Shown here piece by piece: positions 1-8,652 of a DNA stretch of 64,000 nt. The notes under the pieces were generated by a model, which saw only the letters and a program-made list of their open reading frames with translations, was not told where the DNA came from and searched no databases. Position 1 is the stretch's first letter, and each line of letters begins with the position of its first letter. Source of the DNA: an uncultured Chloroflexia bacterium (GTDB lineage Bacteria; Chloroflexota; Limnocylindria; Limnocylindrales; CSP1-4); NCBI GenBank assembly GCA_963721765.1, contig CAVRJP010000005.1:207058-271057 (forward strand), given 5' to 3'. The position numbers and the translations under genes are program-made.

Positions 1-40
1 CGTCGTCGGCAACGCGGTCTAGGGGGGTGACCCCCGGTAT

Positions 41-76
41 GCGACCCGTCCAACCGGACGGGTCGCGCCGCGTTTT
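41..76 (+). terminator. GC-rich hairpin (11-bp stem gcgacccgtcc/ggacgggtcgc, loop aacc) followed 6 nt later by TTTT; a second hairpin (ggggggtgaccccc) lies just upstream at ~22-35. Possibly the 3' end of an upstream + strand gene, such as a Flp pilin gene outside the window.
   Basis: Inverted repeat read directly from the sequence, with a short T-run 6 nt downstream. Not adjacent to the stem, so non-canonical. Confidence 0.25.
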
Positions 77-177
77 CACCTTGCTGCGCACCTTGCATCG
101 AGCGTGCGCACTTCCCGAAATCTTGCCAGTGGTCCTAGCCCATTCGTATAGTCGCCGGTCATCTGGCCGATGCTAGA

Positions 178-1104
178 GTGGTGCCACCTGTCACACCGAC
201 AGGCATCCATCGCGAACTCATCCGGGGAGGATCCATAACTGTGCGACGGACCAGTCGGCTCGTCCTGCTGCTCGGCATCTTTCTGGCCGCACTGACGTTC
301 GTCGTCGTGCTGTTCCTGCAAGGGCCCAGCACGAACGGCCCAACAGCTAGCGAGAGCCTGCCACCGCAGAATCTGCCCACCGTTGTGGCGGCCCAGGACA
401 TCCCCCTCGGGACCGTCGTGACCGCGGAGATGGTCAGAAACCAAACGCTCGCCGTGAACTCGCGCGATGCCGATGTGCTCGCGGACGTGTCCCAGGCGAT
501 CGGTGAGACCACCCGCGTGACCATCACCGCCGGCGGGCAGGTCCACTCGAGCGACTTCCAGAGCAAGGCTGTCCCGCTCACGGTGCCCGTCGGCGAGCGC
601 GCCTTCGCCATCTCGGTGAGCGAGCTGACCGCTGTCGGGAACCTCGTCGATACAGGCGACAACATCGACATCCTCATCAGCCTCAGCGGCAGCGCCTTCC
701 CGGTGGTGCAGGTCCTGAGCGACGGCTCCGTGACGATCGTGGAGGGCATCAACCCCCTCAGCGTCAAGCTGCCGCTGCTCCTCCAGGACGTACAGATCAT
801 CGGCGTCATCGACTCGCCGGCGCCGCCGCCCGCGGTCGGCGCTGACGGCCAGCCGCTGCCCAGCGCCGAGCCGGTCATCACCAACCTGACCAAGATGCTC
901 ATCTTGTCGGTCACCCCGGCCCAGGCCGAGGTCCTGCTCTACGCCCGAACCGCCGGCACGCTCGACGTGATCCTGCGCTCGCCCGCGGACGCCGGACAGA
1001 CGGTCGAGACCACCGGTGTCATCCTCAAGACCCTCGTCGATCTGTACGGCATCCTGTCGCCCGAGATCGTCCAGGTCCCGATCCCGACCCCACTCGAGAA
1101 CTAG
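178..1104 (+). CDS. cpaB: Flp pilus assembly protein CpaB/RcpC family (N-terminal TM anchor plus SAF-like domain)
   Basis: 308-aa ORF with an N-terminal hydrophobic helix (LVLLLGIFLAALTFVVVLFL). It is the first gene of a cpaB-cpaE-cpaF-tadB-tadC cluster and has high GC3. Confidence 0.75.
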   Translation: MVPPVTPTGIHRELIRGGSITVRRTSRLVLLLGIFLAALTFVVVLFLQGPSTNGPTASESLPPQNLPTVVAAQDIPLGTVVTAEMVRNQTLAVNSRDADVLADVSQAIGETTRVTITAGGQVHSSDFQSKAVPLTVPVGERAFAISVSELTAVGNLVDTGDNIDILISLSGSAFPVVQVLSDGSVTIVEGINPLSVKLPLLLQDVQIIGVIDSPAPPPAVGADGQPLPSAEPVITNLTKMLILSVTPAQAEVLLYARTAGTLDVILRSPADAGQTVETTGVILKTLVDLYGILSPEIVQVPIPTPLEN

Positions 1105-1133
1105 CAGCGGCTCCAGGAGAGGCCCGCAATCCG

Positions 1134-2387
1134 ATGACCGATCGCATCAAGGTCCTGATCGTCGACGACATCCCGGAGACCCGGGACCACCTGTCGAAGC
1201 TCCTCGGCTTCGAGGGCGACGTCGAGGTGGTCGGGGCGGCTGCGGGCGGTCCCGAGGCAATCGAGCTCGCGACGGCGCTCCGGCCGGACGTCGTCCTGAT
1301 GGACATCAACATGCCGGGCATGGACGGCATCACCGCGACCGAGAAATTGGCCGCGGAGGTGCCGACCGCAGCGGTGATCATGATGTCCGTCCAGGGCGAG
1401 GCGGACTACCTCCGCCGATCCATGCTGGCCGGGGCGCGCGAGTTCCTCGTGAAGCCGTTCAGCTCCGACGAGCTGACGGCCTCGATTCGCCAGGTGTGGT
1501 CGCGCGAGAAGGAGAAGCAGTCCCGGTTCGCGCCGATCGTCTCAGGCACCGTGAGCACCGATGGCTCGGGCGACCCGGGATCGATCAGCGCCGTGTTCAG
1601 CCCGAAGGGCGGCGTGGGCCGGACGACCGTGTCCGTGAACCTCGCCGTTGCGGCGGCCCAGACCGGCAAGCGCGTGGCGCTCGTCGATGCCTCGTTCCAG
1701 TTCGGCGACGTCGGCGTGCTGCTGAACCTCAATCCGCGCAACAAGTCGATCGCGGACGTCGCCGCGGAGCTTCAGACTGGCGAGACCGAGTCGATCGACA
1801 ACTTCATGATCACCCACTCGTCCGGCGTCAAGGTCCTCCTGGCCCCTCCGGTCCCGGAGCAGGCGGAGCTGATCGGTCCGGCGGCGATCCAGAAGGTCCT
1901 CCAGGCACTGCGTCCGAACTACGACCTGATCGTCGTGGACTGCCCGTCGAACTTCAACGAGACGACGCTGGCCGTCCTCGACGAGGCAGATTTGATCCTC
2001 ACGCTGCTCACGCTCGAAATCACGAGCGTCAAGAACATGCGCCTCTTCCTGGAGGTCTGTGAGCAGCTGGGCTACGGGCCGGAGAAGATCCGCCTCGTCC
2101 TCAACCGCGCCGATTCGACGCTGGGCATCCGCGTCGCCGACGTCGAGCACTCGATCGGCCGAAAGGTCGATCACACGATCGTCAGCGACGGCCGCAGTGT
2201 TGTGTACGCCTTGAACAGGGGCGTACCGTTCTTCCTGAGCAATCGCGAGGCGCAGGTGTCGCAGGACATCCAGCGCCTGGCCATGGCAGTCACCGGCCCG
2301 CCGCCGACATCAACGACGGCGGCCAAGCCGGGGGACAAGGCTGCCAAGGGCGCAGCCAATCGCAAGTCACTCTTCGCGTGGCGGTAG
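1134..2387 (+). CDS. cpaE: Pilus assembly ATPase CpaE/TadZ with an N-terminal response-regulator receiver (REC) domain
   Basis: N-terminus (KVLIVDDIPETRDHL...VVLMDINMPGMDG...LVKPF) is a canonical REC domain with a phospho-acceptor Asp. C-terminus is a MinD/ParA-like domain with a deviant Walker A (SPKGGVGRTT). Position between cpaB and cpaF. Confidence 0.85.
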   Translation: MTDRIKVLIVDDIPETRDHLSKLLGFEGDVEVVGAAAGGPEAIELATALRPDVVLMDINMPGMDGITATEKLAAEVPTAAVIMMSVQGEADYLRRSMLAGAREFLVKPFSSDELTASIRQVWSREKEKQSRFAPIVSGTVSTDGSGDPGSISAVFSPKGGVGRTTVSVNLAVAAAQTGKRVALVDASFQFGDVGVLLNLNPRNKSIADVAAELQTGETESIDNFMITHSSGVKVLLAPPVPEQAELIGPAAIQKVLQALRPNYDLIVVDCPSNFNETTLAVLDEADLILTLLTLEITSVKNMRLFLEVCEQLGYGPEKIRLVLNRADSTLGIRVADVEHSIGRKVDHTIVSDGRSVVYALNRGVPFFLSNREAQVSQDIQRLAMAVTGPPPTSTTAAKPGDKAAKGAANRKSLFAWR

Positions 2388-2404
2388 TAGGGGGACCGGG
2401 CTAG

Positions 2405-3826
2405 ATGTCTCTTCTCAAGCGCATCGAATCCGCCCGGCCGGCTGGCCCGGGCGATGAAAAGGTCCCGGCGACCACCGGGCAAGGCGGACGCGAACCAGCG
2501 TCCGAAGGTGGGTCTGGCGGCGGAACCGCCCAGTCTTCCCCTCGGCTGGTCACCCAGCTGCCGGCGCGCGAGTCGTTCCGGGACGTCAAGTTCCGGATCC
2601 AGAACCGCGTCATCCAGGATCTCGACCCGAAGCTCGACCTGACCAACCAGGTCGAGGTCCGGCGCCAGATCGAGGAGATCTTCAGCCGGGTCATCGACGA
2701 GGAGGGCCTTGCCCTCACCCGCGCCGAGCGGGTTCGGATGCTCGAGCAGATCACCGACGAGATCATCGGCCTCGGGCCGCTGGAGCCGCTCCTCCGGGAC
2801 GACTCCGTCTCCGAGATCATGGTCAACGGCCCGCGCCAGGTGTACATCGAGCGCGCGGGCAAGCTCGAGCTCACGAACGTGGTCTTCCAGAACGACGACC
2901 ACGTCATGCGCATCATCGACCGGATCATCGCCCCGATCGGGCGCCGCGTGGACGAGTCGTCGCCGATGGTCGACGCTCGCCTGCCCGACGGCTCGCGCGT
3001 CAACGCGATCATCCCGCCGCTGTCGCTCGTCGGCCCGGTCGTCACGATCCGCAAGTTCGCGGCGAGCCCGTTCACGACGGATGACCTCATCCGGTTCGGG
3101 ACGTCGACGCCGGACATGTTCGAGTTCCTCCGGGCGTGCGTCGAGGCGCGCCTGAACATCTTCGTCTCCGGCGGTACCGGCTCGGGCAAGACGACCACGC
3201 TCAACGTCCTCTCCTCGTTCATCCCGAACGACGAGCGGATCGTGACGATCGAGGACGCGGCCGAGCTGCAGCTCCGCCAGGAGCACGTGATCACGCTGGA
3301 ATCCCGGCCCCCGAACATCGAGGGCAAGGGCGCCATCCCGATCCGCGAGCTCGTCCGCAACTCGCTCCGCATGCGGCCCGACCGCATCGTGGTCGGCGAG
3401 TGTCGTGCCGGCGAGGCGCTGGACATGCTCCAGGCGATGAACACGGGCCACGACGGCTCGCTGACGACCGGCCACGCCAACACCCCGCGCGACATGCTCG
3501 CGCGCCTCGAGACGATGGTCCTCATGGCCGGGATCGAGCTGCCGGTGCGCGCCATCCGCGAGCAGATCAGCTCGGCGGTCGACCTGATCGTCCACCAGTC
3601 CCGCCTCAAGGATGGAACACGCAAGATCGTGAACATCACCGAGGTCCAGGGCATGGAGGGCGACACGATCGTCATGCAGGACGTCTTCGTCTTCGAGCAG
3701 ACCGGCGTGATCGACGGCAAGATCCAGGGCCGGCTCAAGCCGACCGGCATCCGGCCGAAGTTCGTCGAGACCTTCGAGGCGATGGGCATCCATCTCCCCA
3801 ACGGCATCTTCGGCTTCGTGTTCTAG
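2405..3826 (+). CDS. cpaF: Type II/IV secretion system ATPase CpaF/TadA
   Basis: Walker A GGTGSGKTT, Walker B/Asp box (IVTIEDAAEL), His box (TGHDGSLTTGHAN). 473 aa. Confidence 0.92.
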   Translation: MSLLKRIESARPAGPGDEKVPATTGQGGREPASEGGSGGGTAQSSPRLVTQLPARESFRDVKFRIQNRVIQDLDPKLDLTNQVEVRRQIEEIFSRVIDEEGLALTRAERVRMLEQITDEIIGLGPLEPLLRDDSVSEIMVNGPRQVYIERAGKLELTNVVFQNDDHVMRIIDRIIAPIGRRVDESSPMVDARLPDGSRVNAIIPPLSLVGPVVTIRKFAASPFTTDDLIRFGTSTPDMFEFLRACVEARLNIFVSGGTGSGKTTTLNVLSSFIPNDERIVTIEDAAELQLRQEHVITLESRPPNIEGKGAIPIRELVRNSLRMRPDRIVVGECRAGEALDMLQAMNTGHDGSLTTGHANTPRDMLARLETMVLMAGIELPVRAIREQISSAVDLIVHQSRLKDGTRKIVNITEVQGMEGDTIVMQDVFVFEQTGVIDGKIQGRLKPTGIRPKFVETFEAMGIHLPNGIFGFVF

Positions 3827-3836
3827 GATCTCGACG

Positions 3837-4850
3837 ATGACCCCAGTCACCCTGATCATCGCCTCGCTCGCCGCGATCTCCATCGTGCTCATTGCACTTG
3901 GCATCGCGATGGCGGGCTCGGGCGGCGTGACCCTCGAACGACTCGAACGCTATGCGTCGGGCACCAAGGCCGCTGATGGCTCGTCCGGCGAGAAGCAAGG
4001 CATCGCCGAGCTCGTTGCAAAGTCGGCGGCCCTCGCCCAGCTCAACAAGGTGGTCGAGCGCCGTGACTTCGGCGCGAACCTGCTGCGTGACCTGGGAGCA
4101 GCGGACCTGAAGCTGAAGCCCTCCGAATACCTCGGCATCTGGGCGACCTCGACGGTCGCGGTGCCCGTGATCATGTACCTGGCGGGCTTCGCGCTGCCGG
4201 CACTGCAGACGATCTGGATGCTCCTGCTGGGCCTGCTGATCGGGTTCATGGTCCCGCGCTTCTGGCTCGGCAATCGCAAGTCCTCCCGCCTCAAGGCGTT
4301 CAACAAGCAGCTGCCCGACACGGTCACGCTGATCGCGAATGCCCTCCGCGCGGGATCGTCGTTCCTGCAGTCGATCGAGATGGTCGTGCGCGAGTCGCGC
4401 CCCCCGATCTCGACCGAGTTCGGCCGGGTCATCCGCGAGGTCAACCTCGGCCTCCCGTTCGACCTCGCCCTCGAGAACATGGTCAAGCGGGTGAAGTCCG
4501 AGGACTTCGAGCTCATGGCAACGGCCATCGCGATTCAGCACCAGGTCGGCGGCAACCTCGCCGAGATCCTCGACTCGATCGCGTTCACGATCCGCGAGCG
4601 CGTCCGGATCAAGGGCGAGATTCGGACCCTGACCGCGCAGCAGCGCCTGTCCGGCTACGTCGTCGGCGGCCTGCCGATCGGCCTCGCGCTGTTCATCTAC
4701 GTCGTGGCACCGAACTTCTTCGCCCCGATGTTCATCGCTCCACCGGAGTTCCTCGGCATCCCGCTGGGGGTGATCCTGTTCGCGATCGCCGGGATCGCGA
4801 TGGGCGCCGGCTTCCTCTTCATTCGTCGCATCGTGGACATCGAGGTCTAG
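3837..4850 (+). CDS. tadB: Tad pilus inner-membrane platform protein TadB (T2SSF domain)
   Basis: 337-aa polytopic membrane protein immediately after cpaF, with a GspF-like pattern (..LPDTVTLIANALRAGSSF..). Confidence 0.8.
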   Translation: MTPVTLIIASLAAISIVLIALGIAMAGSGGVTLERLERYASGTKAADGSSGEKQGIAELVAKSAALAQLNKVVERRDFGANLLRDLGAADLKLKPSEYLGIWATSTVAVPVIMYLAGFALPALQTIWMLLLGLLIGFMVPRFWLGNRKSSRLKAFNKQLPDTVTLIANALRAGSSFLQSIEMVVRESRPPISTEFGRVIREVNLGLPFDLALENMVKRVKSEDFELMATAIAIQHQVGGNLAEILDSIAFTIRERVRIKGEIRTLTAQQRLSGYVVGGLPIGLALFIYVVAPNFFAPMFIAPPEFLGIPLGVILFAIAGIAMGAGFLFIRRIVDIEV

Positions 4851-4853
4851 GCC

Positions 4854-5768
4854 ATGGAACTGGGCATCATCATCGCCGGGGCAGCCGCCCTCTCGGTCCT
4901 GCTGATCGCGTTCGGCGTCGCCGGCGCGCGCCAGGAGGACCCGCTCAAGGCCCGCCTCTCGCAGCTCGGCCAGATGACGGCCAAGGACCTGCAGGAGCTG
5001 GAGCTCCAGCAGCCGTTCTTCGACCGCACGATCAGGCCCCTCGCGGGGCGGCTCTCGGGTTCTGTCTCGAGGATCACCTCGACGTCGTTCTCGGAGCGCA
5101 CGGAGAAGCGCCTGGCCATGGCCGGCTCACCCGGCGACATGAAGGTCGCCGACTGGCTGGGCATCAAGGCGATCGGCATCGGCGTCGGTGCGGGCATCGG
5201 GTTCATCCTGTTCGGCGTCCTGCTCGGCGATGTCACCCAGGGAATCATCATGGCGCTCGTGGGCGCGGGCATCGGCTACATCGGGCCGGAGTTCTGGCTC
5301 GGCGGTCGGGTTCGGGCTCGCCAGAAGGGGATCCTGCTCCAGATCCCGGACGCCCTCGACCTGCTCACGATCTCCGTCCGGGCCGGCCTCGGGTTCGATG
5401 CCGCGCTGGGCAAGGTCGTCGAGAAGCTGAAGGGCCCGCTCGTCGACGAGTTCCGGCGAGCCCTGGCGGAGGTTCGGGTCGGCAAGGCGCGGCGCGAGGC
5501 GCTGCGCGACATCGTCCCGCGGACCGAGGTCCAGCCCCTCACCAACTTCATCGGCGCGATCATCCAGGCCGAGCAGCTCGGCGTCTCGATCTCGAAGGTG
5601 CTCCAGGTCCAGTCGGAGCAGCTCCGCATCGAGCGCCGGCAGCGCGCCGAGGAGATGGCGGCGAAGGCACCGATCAAGATGCTGTTCCCGCTCGTCGGGT
5701 GCATCTTTCCGTCGCTCTTCGTGGTCATCCTCGGGCCGGCCCTGATCCTGATCATGCAGAACCTCTGA
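4854..5768 (+). CDS. tadC: Tad pilus inner-membrane platform protein TadC (T2SSF domain)
   Basis: 304 aa, paralogous to TadB (..IPDALDLLTISVRAGLGF..), adjacent to tadB. Confidence 0.8.
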   Translation: MELGIIIAGAAALSVLLIAFGVAGARQEDPLKARLSQLGQMTAKDLQELELQQPFFDRTIRPLAGRLSGSVSRITSTSFSERTEKRLAMAGSPGDMKVADWLGIKAIGIGVGAGIGFILFGVLLGDVTQGIIMALVGAGIGYIGPEFWLGGRVRARQKGILLQIPDALDLLTISVRAGLGFDAALGKVVEKLKGPLVDEFRRALAEVRVGKARREALRDIVPRTEVQPLTNFIGAIIQAEQLGVSISKVLQVQSEQLRIERRQRAEEMAAKAPIKMLFPLVGCIFPSLFVVILGPALILIMQNL

Positions 5769-5808
5769 CGGCCGGAGTCCTCACGCTCGCCGCGCCCGCG
5801 GCACTGTC

Positions 5809-6204
5809 TTGACCTCCGGAGCTCAGTCGGCCCTGAACGAAACCCGCGGCACGGTGCTGGCACGCCGAGTCGAGATCGCGGGTTCGCTGTGGGCGCGTTT
5901 CATGGGCCTGATGGGCCGGCGCGCGCTCGCCGATGGCGACGGCCTGTACCTCGACGGCAATGGGATCCACATGTTCTTCATGCGCTTCCCGATCGACGCA
6001 GTGTTCGTCGGGCGCCCAACCGCGACGGGTGAGCGCCCGGTCGTCTCCGTGCATCGTCGGCTCCGTCCGTGGCTGGGGATCGTCCCGCTGATCCGTGGCG
6101 CGGCGGGCGTGCTCGAGCTGCCGGCGGGGACGATCGACGCGACCGCGACGGCGCGCGGCGACACCATTCGCATCGACACCGTCGACGCAAGCCGCCTCGA
6201 CTGA
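5809..6204 (+). CDS. DUF192 domain protein (frequently encoded in tad loci)
   Basis: 131 aa; motif G(L)MGRR...GL.L...IHMFFMRFPIDAVF...LELPAG typical of DUF192. Confidence 0.7.
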   Translation: MTSGAQSALNETRGTVLARRVEIAGSLWARFMGLMGRRALADGDGLYLDGNGIHMFFMRFPIDAVFVGRPTATGERPVVSVHRRLRPWLGIVPLIRGAAGVLELPAGTIDATATARGDTIRIDTVDASRLD

Positions 6205-6217
6205 CCGGCGACGCGGC

Positions 6218-7150
6218 ATGATGCGGGCCGGGCTCCGGTCGCCGGACTGGGTCATCCGTCTGTTCGCGCCGATTGCCGTGGGCTCGCGCCGGTTCCCGTC
6301 CCTGGGGCTGACCATCCTCGCTGCCCTGGGAGCGTCCCTGCTCGTGATCGTCGCCGCGACGGAGTGGCGGCACTTCAACGACGAGCATGCGTACTGGCTC
6401 GCGGCGAGCCGGCTCCTCTCGGGAGAGGCGTTGTACGACCCGACGGCGGCGCCGAACACGCCCTTCGCCTACTGGTACCCGCCGCCGCTCGCGCAGGTGC
6501 TCGCGCCGTTGACCCAGCTCGTGTCTGCCGAGGCCTTCAGCGTGGTCTGGACGGCGCTGCTCCTCGGCTGCCTGTGGTGGCTCGGCGGTCGTAACCTCCT
6601 CGTCGCGCTCGCACTCGTCGCGTTCCTGCCGGTGGCAGTGGAGCTCCGCGTGCGGAACGTGCACCTGCTGATGGCCGTGCTGATCGTGCTCGCGCTGCGT
6701 CGGTCGTGGTCGTTCTGGGTGGCGGCGGCGGCGATCAAGATCACGCCCGCACTGGGCGGCCTGTACCTCGCCGCAGCCGGTCGCTGGCGCGATGCCGTGA
6801 AGGTGGGCGTCCTGGGGCTCGCCGTGCTCGGCGTGAGCGTGGCGCTAGGTCCCGAGGCATGGCGCCAGTTCGTCGAGGTCGTCGGGATGCGGGCCGGCGA
6901 GGACGGCGGCTCCATTTTCCCGATCCCATTCGCCATTCGATTCGGCATCGGCGCCGCACTCGTGGTCATCGCCGGCCGCCTGAGTGCCCGCGCGGCGTCG
7001 CGGGGCGCGCGGTCAATCCGCGGCGAGATGCTGCTGGTCGTCGCCCTGACGATCGCCAATCCCACGCTGTGGGTCACGGCCCTGAGCATCCTCGTCGCCA
7101 TCGTGCCCCTGTGGCGATCGAGGGATGATCGGCTGGTGAGCGCCGCTTAA
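6218..7150 (+). CDS. DUF2029 / GT87-like polyprenol-phosphate-mannose-dependent membrane glycosyltransferase (PimE-like), paralog 1
   Basis: Multi-TM protein. Conserved N-terminal loop HAYWLAASRLL...LYDP....PFAYWYPPPLA is shared with the paralog at 10218..11066. Start chosen at the ATG just after the DUF192 stop. Confidence 0.6.
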   Translation: MMRAGLRSPDWVIRLFAPIAVGSRRFPSLGLTILAALGASLLVIVAATEWRHFNDEHAYWLAASRLLSGEALYDPTAAPNTPFAYWYPPPLAQVLAPLTQLVSAEAFSVVWTALLLGCLWWLGGRNLLVALALVAFLPVAVELRVRNVHLLMAVLIVLALRRSWSFWVAAAAIKITPALGGLYLAAAGRWRDAVKVGVLGLAVLGVSVALGPEAWRQFVEVVGMRAGEDGGSIFPIPFAIRFGIGAALVVIAGRLSARAASRGARSIRGEMLLVVALTIANPTLWVTALSILVAIVPLWRSRDDRLVSAA

Positions 7151-7238
7151 CCCGCGGGTGAGGCCGGCGCAACCGGCGGGTGAGGCCGGCGCAACCGGCG
7201 GGCGAGGGCTGCAGAACCGGCGGGTGAGGGCCACCTGC
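7151..7238. repeat. 4 x 22-bp imperfect tandem repeat (consensus CCGGCGGGTGAGGCCGGCGCAA) in the DUF2029-comF intergenic region
   Basis: Read directly: cccgcgggtgaggccggcgcaa / ccggcgggtgaggccggcgcaa / ccggcgggcgagggctgcagaa / ccggcgggtgagggccacctgc. Confidence 0.8.
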
Positions 7239-7250
7239 CATCGTGGCTCG

Positions 7251-7949
7251 ATGCCGCTCCTGCTCGACGTGCGCCGTGCCCTCGGCGCCGCCGCGAACTG
7301 CGCCATCGACCTCGCGCTTCCGGCCGCGTGCGCCGGATGTGGGCGCGAGGGTGCCGCGCTGTGCCGGGAGTGCCTTCCGGCGCTCGACGTGCGGCTGGCC
7401 GCCGATCCGGGCGTGCCCCTCGGCCTGCCCGCGGACATCCCGGCGCCGCTACTCCAGCTCGAATGGTGCGCGCCGTTCACCGGCGTCGCGCGCCGCGCAC
7501 TCCACTCGCTCAAGTACGACGGCGAGCGCCGCCTCGCCGGCCCGCTCGGCGCGGCCTTGGCACGTCGCTGGAGCCGCGCCGGCGTCGCTGGGGACGTGCT
7601 CGTGCCGGTGCCCGCATCGCCGGATCGGGTGCGCGAGCGCGGCTACGACCAGGCGGGCCTCCTCGCGGCCGAGGCGGGCCGGCGACTCGGGCTCCCGGTC
7701 GTGCCCGCCCTCGAGCGCACGCGGGCGACGACCGCGCAGTTCGACCTCGATCGGGTGGCACGGACGAGCAACCTCGGCGGCGCGTTCCGCGTGGCGGATG
7801 TCGGCGTGCGGCACGCCCTGGATGGTCGGTGGGCGGTGCTTGTCGACGACGTCGTGACGACCGGCGCAACCCTCGCGGCATGTGGCGCGGCGCTCCTCGA
7901 GGCGGGCGCGCTCGCCGTCTCCGCGATCGCGGTGGCACGCGAGCGATGA
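7251..7949 (+). CDS. comF: ComF family protein (ComFC-like phosphoribosyltransferase-domain protein)
   Basis: N-terminal Cys cluster (CAGCGREGAALCREC) followed by a PRTase-type motif (VLVDDVVTTGATL). comF-hpf adjacency as in actinobacteria. Start set at MPLLL downstream of the repeat; a GTG at 7158 is the alternative. Confidence 0.75.
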   Translation: MPLLLDVRRALGAAANCAIDLALPAACAGCGREGAALCRECLPALDVRLAADPGVPLGLPADIPAPLLQLEWCAPFTGVARRALHSLKYDGERRLAGPLGAALARRWSRAGVAGDVLVPVPASPDRVRERGYDQAGLLAAEAGRRLGLPVVPALERTRATTAQFDLDRVARTSNLGGAFRVADVGVRHALDGRWAVLVDDVVTTGATLAACGAALLEAGALAVSAIAVARER

Positions 7950-8009
7950 GGACCATCGAGGCACTCGCCCGCGACGACCTCGGCGGTACGATGGACCACC
8001 TGCGGGGAG

Positions 8010-8621
8010 GTGGCCGTGCGGACCGTCGTCAAGGGCAAGAACTACGAGGTGCCGGAACGGATCCGCGAGTACGCGGAGCGGAAGCTCGGCCGGCTCGAGC
8101 GCCTCCTCGACGATCGTTCGGACGCGACCGTGGAGCTGTCCGTGGAAGCCCATCGCAGCCTCCAGGACTCTCACATCGTTGACGTCACGCTCGTGATCGA
8201 TGGCCAGACCCTGCGCAGCTCGGCCGCCGCGCCGAGCCACAAGGCGGGCATCGACAACGTGCTCGACAAGATCGAGCGGCGGGCCGTCGATCACCGCGAG
8301 ACGAGCAGGGTCCGGATGTCGCCCGATACGGTCCGCGGCGGTGGTCGCGCCGGCGACGCGGAGCGAAGCCCGACGCCGGAGGGCGACGAAGAGCGCCCGA
8401 GCGTCGTGAAGGTCAAGCGCTTCGCGATCGAGCCCATGTTCGAGGAGGACGCCGTCGCCCGGATGGAAGAGCTCGGCCACTCGTTCTTCGTGTTCGTCAA
8501 TGCCGAGAACGAGCGGGTGGCAATCCTGTATCGCCGGCGCGAGGGTGACTACGGACTGATCGAGCCGATGGTCGGCGGCGACTACACGAAGGGTGGGCCG
8601 CCTCGTCGCGGACCGCACTGA
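8010..8621 (+). CDS. hpf: Ribosome hibernation promoting factor, long form (HPF/RaiA N-domain plus C-terminal dimerisation domain)
   Basis: VKGKNYEVPERIREYAERKLGRLERLL... and a C-terminal VKVKRFAIEPMFEEDAVARMEELGHSFFVFVNAENERVAILYRRREGDYGLIEP. Confidence 0.88.
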   Translation: MAVRTVVKGKNYEVPERIREYAERKLGRLERLLDDRSDATVELSVEAHRSLQDSHIVDVTLVIDGQTLRSSAAAPSHKAGIDNVLDKIERRAVDHRETSRVRMSPDTVRGGGRAGDAERSPTPEGDEERPSVVKVKRFAIEPMFEEDAVARMEELGHSFFVFVNAENERVAILYRRREGDYGLIEPMVGGDYTKGGPPRRGPH

Positions 8622-8652
8622 CGAACCAGCGCCCGCCGAGCGACCGACCGGT

